Origin: Lama guanicoe
Lineage: Eukaryota
Length of the DNA: 64,000 bases
NCBI GenBank assembly: GCA_013239625.1
Contig: MU053881.1
Coordinates: 14,810,373-14,874,372, forward strand
Reading direction: 5' to 3'
Of the stretch, positions 59,511 to 64,000 are shown piece after piece. Each line of letters opens with the position of its first letter. Position 1 is the stretch's first letter. The translations under genes and the position numbers were made by a program. Below the pieces are notes generated by a model. The model was not told the origin of the DNA and did no database searches. It was given only the letters and a program-made list of their open reading frames with translations.

Positions 59511-60197
59511 AGCAGGGCAACCGCTGCTCAGCCAAGCAGAAGAAGGGGCTGAGACCCAGTCCAACCCAGGTAGGAGTCTTAGGGGTGGAGAGGAAAGGTG
59601 GCCTCGAGCATCTGGGAGGTAGCACCCTCGGGACTGCCAGCCCCAGGTGTGCCAGATGGCGTCCAAAGCCTCAGGAGTGAATGGAGGCGGGTTTGGATGA
59701 CCGACAGGGTGTGAGAGGTGGCTAAGCAGTCGTGAGGTGGAGGTGCTATCCAGCAGACCCTATGTTTTGGCCTCTGGGAGTTCATCAGTGACCAACCTGG
59801 GAAAAGTGATTTCCGGGAAGCAATGGGTTCAGAGCACAACGAGGAGGATCTAACTGGGCGGCAAGGAGGATGAGAGAACCAGAGATTTAAAAAATCTCCT
59901 TGAAAGACATGAGAAGGCAAGTGGAGAACTGGGGGGTTGGCCAGAGCAGCAAGTGGCATCAAGGGAGGGCTCGGAGGCCTGGCTGAAATTAGTGGAAGCA
60001 TTTTGCACCTGCGATGATGGAACCACAGTCAGGGTGTGCTGAGGCCCAAAGGCCAGCACCCAGGGTAGAGAGGGGTCAGGCAGGAAAGCAGGGAGGGGAC
60101 CCAAGAGGGCCAGGCAGCAGACGAGGTCACCCCGGCAGTCAGATCTCAACTCTGTTGTAGAACCAATCAGACTTGCTTTGGATGTAGGTGAAACAGA

Positions 60198-60203
60198 AAT
60201 AAA
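60198..60203 (+). terminator. Candidate intronic poly(A) signal for the short CERS1 mRNA
   Basis: First AATAAA seen after the unspliced stop at 59067, ~1.1 kb downstream. Confidence 0.5.
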
Positions 60204-60417
60204 ATAGTCAAAGACAACCCAAGACTTTTGGCTCGAGCTGCCGTTGACTGAGATGGGACTCGGGGCAGGGCCACGTGAACTGGTGGGCAGGGGGTTGAGA
60301 GTCTAGTTTCGGGGTGTGGGATTGTCAATGTCCTTGAACATGAGTTGGGAATTGCATGTAGAGATCAGTGAGAACTCACTGAACAGACTGACCAACCCTC
60401 ATAGGCTTCCAGAAGCA

Positions 60418-60507
60418 GTGGCAGTGGAGGTGGGGGTGAGGGGGTGCCATGTGCAACCCAGAGAGCCCTCGCTCTGTTCATGCTGATGCTCTCTGGCCTC
60501 AAGGTCC
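60418..60507 (+). repeat. 90-bp direct repeat, copy 2
   Basis: 89/90 identical to 59421-59510. Confidence 0.92.
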
Positions 60508-60899
60508 TGCTTGGCCAAATCTAAAACTCTGAAAGATCTCCCTGTTATGAAACAGTGAACTTCTGGAGGTATCCTTGTAAATGCAGAGCCCCAGGCAAAG
60601 AGGAGGTCAGGTCCCCTGGTCCCCACAGTGCTCCCTGCTGTCACCCCCAAGAATGTCCAGCCAGAATGTGGGTTGGGGGGCTAGCATCCCCAGTCCCCAG
60701 TGACAGAATTTCCATTAGGATGGCAAAGAACTAACAATATACAGAAATGTCAGGGGACCAGGGGACACGCTGCCCCATGGGCCCTATCCACAGGACTTGA
60801 TCCCTGGGGATGGTTGGAGTTAGCACAGTTGGGTATAAAACAAGATAGGATAAAAAGTACTGAGAGTGTGGAGTGTGCCGCAGAGGAGCTGCTCAGGAC

Positions 60900-61205
60900 A
60901 CCACAGAGCCGTCAGGTCATGGAAAACAAGGAGACTGAGGAGCTGTCCCAGATCAGACTGACTGAAGGCAGCAAGGGATCCTGGACCAGAAGAGGGACAT
61001 CTGTGGACAAACCAACCAATGAAATTCCAAATAAAGTCTCCAGTTCAGCTCCTGGCAGTGTCCCAGCGTTGGTTTCTTAGTTGTGACAAATGCATAGTGG
61101 AGATGTTAAGATTTGAGGAAGTTTGGGTGAGGGCCTCCCCTGGAGCTCTCTAGACAATCTCTGCGATGGTTCTGCAAGTCTAAAATTATTCTCAAATAAA
61201 AAGCT
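60900..61205 (+). mobile_element. Old L1MC-type 3' end
   Basis: GGATCCTGGACCAGAAG...GAAATTCCAAATAAAGTCT...TGCAAGTCTAAAATTATTCTCAAATAAAAAG. Confidence 0.65.
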
Positions 61206-61253
61206 TCTTAAAAAATATAAAAGGCACGAGAAACTGTCAAAAACCATGTTGGA

Positions 61254-61700
61254 TGTTGTTAACTTTCCTGGGGTGCCATAACAAAGTACCACAAACTGGT
61301 GGGCTTAAAACAACAGAAGTTTACGCGCTCACAGTTCTGGAGACCAGAAGTCTGAAATGAAGGCACTAGCACGACCACACTTGTTCTGACAGCTCAAGGG
61401 GAGGATCCTTCCTTGGCCTCTTCCAGTTTTGGAGGGGACTCCAGATGTTCTTTGGCCTGTGGCTGCATCACCCCAGTCTTCATTTCCTGTCTTCACATGG
61501 TCTTGTCTTCTCTCTGGCTCTTTTGTCTTTAAGGACACTTGTCATTGGATTTAGACACATCCTAAGTTCAATATGATCTCATCCCAAATTCCTTCACTTA
61601 ATCACATCTACAAAGACGCTTTTTCCAGATAAAGTCACATTCACAGTTCCAGAGATTAGGATGTGGATATATCCTGTTAGGGACCACCATTTAACCTATA
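61254..61700 (-). mobile_element. MLT1-type solo LTR
   Basis: GCCATAACAAAGTACCACAAACTGGTGGGCTTAAAACAACAGAA...TCACAGTTCTGGAGACCAGAAGTCTGAAAT...GTCACATTCACAG. Confidence 0.82.
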
Positions 61701-61709
61701 GATGTCGTC

Positions 61710-62750
61710 ACTAATGATTAGATACAGCTGAAAAGAGAAGCGGTAAATTGAAAGCTGTGAAGAAATGACCCAGAACGCAGCCTCAGTAGATGGAAAATAT
61801 GACAGCTAGGATGGTAAGAATTGTCTGGCTGAGTTCTAATAGGAGACAGGCAAGGAGAGGCAATATGAGGAGACATAATGCTGAGAGATTTTTCTAGAAA
61901 GTGACAAGACACAAATTATAAGCAGGATAAATAAAAAGGCTTCTGAGCCCCAAACACATCACAGTGAAAATGTAAAACGGCCACAGAAAAGACATGACCT
62001 ACGAAACAATGGGAGGCTTACAGCAGCAAGGGGAGCTGGAATACTGGAGTCAAACGTCACCTCAAGGGCTGAAAGGAAGTAACAAGCAACCGGGAATTCT
62101 GTACACAACTTTAAAAACAGTTACTTGAGGGAAAGCATCTCCACTGACTTACATGAGATCCTGGGGTTTGAGCTCCAGCAACAGAAAAGAAAAGAAAGGA
62201 AGGAAAGAAAAAGAAAGGATACCCACAGGAACAAAAACTAAGAATGTTTATTACCACCCACAGAGCTCCTCCAGGGGTATATTTCAGAAAACAGGAAAGT
62301 GACTCCAAGAAATAGATCAGCAAAGAAATGGGCACATATCTGGGTAAAAATTTTTTGGTTTATTTTTTAATTTTTGGTGTTTTTGTTTGGGTAAATTTTA
62401 AATGCATACTTTATGAGATTTTAAAAAATTAGAGCTGAAGTATTAAGTGTTATTAATTAATAATATTAACAGGATTGGTGGCTTTGCATCTTGCAAAAGG
62501 GTAGGGATTACCTTTGGGCTATATTAAGTATTAAGTACTCCCATTAACAATATTAGAGTGTAGAGGGGAGAATGGAACAAAAAATAGATGCAACAAAGTA
62601 AGTTCAGAAAAGGAAAGTTAGAAAAAGCAGAAGTAACGCAAAATAAGAGGGTAGAATCTCAAATATTAGGCATCCAAATAAACATATGTGGAATAATCAT
62701 GACAGTTATGAGACTTTTTTTTTTAATCCATCTCTACCCTGGTTAAAAGA
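61710..62750 (+). mobile_element. Highly decayed A-rich L1 internal (ORF1-region-like) remnant
   Basis: Abrupt A-rich composition with GAGACATAATGCTGAGAGATTTTTCTAGAA and AGCAGGATAAATAAAAAG...AAACACATCACAGTGAAAATG; no intact ORF. Confidence 0.45.
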
Positions 62751-63899
62751 CTTCAACTCCAGGGTGCATAAAAGTTGCAGGTAAAAGGACAGGAAGAGAA
62801 ATTCAGGTGCAGTTTTTGATCTGGAAGGATCCACACTATGCAGCCCTAAGCCCTGGTGGGACGAGACCACGGGAGGTAAAGTCCATTCTCCGTGCTCCTC
62901 ATCGGGCAGCTCAGAAGCAGGAACAGATGTTCTTTTTTAAGCACAGGAACTTTGTCAGAATTGGAAAAAAAAAAAAACCACAAGGGAAACCTCAGTTGCT
63001 CAGACAGACCCGGGATCACGAAGACCTTAGAGATGAAAATTCATTAGGTTTGAAAACAGTACGGAAGTGATGACTGAGAACCACTTTGAAGGAGCTCCGA
63101 GTGGAGAAACAAATCATACGGCAGCACCGGTGCCTCCCTCACCCCGGCGACCCCGGCGCTGGTTCTCTCTCCCAATCCCTCCTCTACTGGGTCCCTACTG
63201 GGCCTCTGTAGTGGCCCCAGCGCCCTGCTCGCAACCTCGGTCTGAAGCCCCATTGTCTTCGCAGGCTGCTGGGACCGTGGTCCATCAGGGGCCCTCCGCC
63301 CGCCGTGGGTTTGCTGACCTGCACAGCACACCCCACGGCACCGTACATCCACTTATGCCTCCGCTATGCTTTCAGCACCCCCCACCCCCATCCCGTATCT
63401 AAAGAGCTCTGGTCCGCAGCTGTAGTCTGGCTCTCGCTGCAGCACCAACGTGGACCAGGGGTCCTCGGTGATGCCTGCTCAGTGCCGGCGCACCTGCTCT
63501 CCTGGGGCTCTCCCTTCTCCTCGGACACCAACTGTCCTCACCATCGTCCACTCGCCTGATGACCTGGCCTCAAGAAAGCAAGAGTAGCCGGATAAGGACA
63601 TCAGACTTCTTCAGCTGGCCGGGTGGCTTTGGTCTCTCTCTGGGGCTGCCATCCTGGACCAGGGAACTCCACCCTCTTACCTGTTCAAAGACATTCTGAT
63701 TGAGGAGCGAAATCCTCTCTTTGCCCTTCAGTGCCGGCCTGGCCAGGTTCTATCTCTCCCTTATAGCTCAGTGCCCCTTTCTCTCCCTTCTAGAATCGAG
63801 CCGGCTCTGAGTTCTCTCCACCTACACACACCTGAGACCACTCCTGTCTGCTCCACTGAGTGAGGCCTTCTTGGTGCTAATGCTGAGTGTCACTTCCTC

Positions 63900-64000
63900 T
63901 TTTTTTTTTAATACAAGTTTGAGATAGAATTCACACACCATGCAATTAGCCCATTTCCCGTGTATATCTCAGTGTTTTTAGACCATTCATAGACTTGTGC
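63900..64000 (-). mobile_element. L1M 3' end, running off the window
   Basis: Poly-T then TTTGAGATAGAATTCACACACCATGCAATTAGCCCATTT...TTCATAGACTTGTGC. Confidence 0.65.

Noticed and set aside
63060..63800. Moderately CpG-rich stretch as GDF1 or the last CERS1 exon
   Set aside because: No KPLRNGLVKDKRF-like or TGF-beta prodomain translation found; it looks more like a decayed LINE-2 remnant, too uncertain to annotate.

Overview
Mammalian genomic DNA (GC-rich, intron/exon structure). The tRNA-derived SINEs resemble camelid Vic-1, so the source is probably a camelid; that is an inference. The window holds the conserved HOMER3 - DDX49 - COPE - CERS1 block. HOMER3 (+, 8 coding exons, 15108-20868, 359 aa) is tail-to-tail with DDX49 (-, 13 exons, 29043-22077, 483 aa). 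DDX49 shares a 385-bp bidirectional promoter with COPE (+, 10 exons, 29429-46553, 308 aa). CERS1 follows (+, exons 1-6, 49755-59063; reading through the exon-6 donor gives a 337-aa form ending at 59067). The last CERS1 exon and GDF1, which in human and mouse share a bicistronic mRNA with CERS1, were not seen and presumably lie beyond the window. All exon chains were assembled by hand from GT/AG boundaries and keep frame. The first ~13 kb is repeat-rich intergenic DNA. Most notable: a 12-copy, ~40-bp-period CCGAAGTTCC motif array in HOMER3 intron 1; a candidate poly-Ala uORF stopping 3 nt before the HOMER3 ATG; three clustered non-conservative changes in COPE exon 3; a 90-bp near-perfect duplication bracketing the candidate CERS1 intronic poly(A) site; and a twin-primed inverted L1 with a foreign patch at its junction. 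No prokaryotic-type system or true CRISPR array was found. Comparisons with human proteins and repeat-family names are from memory, not from searches.
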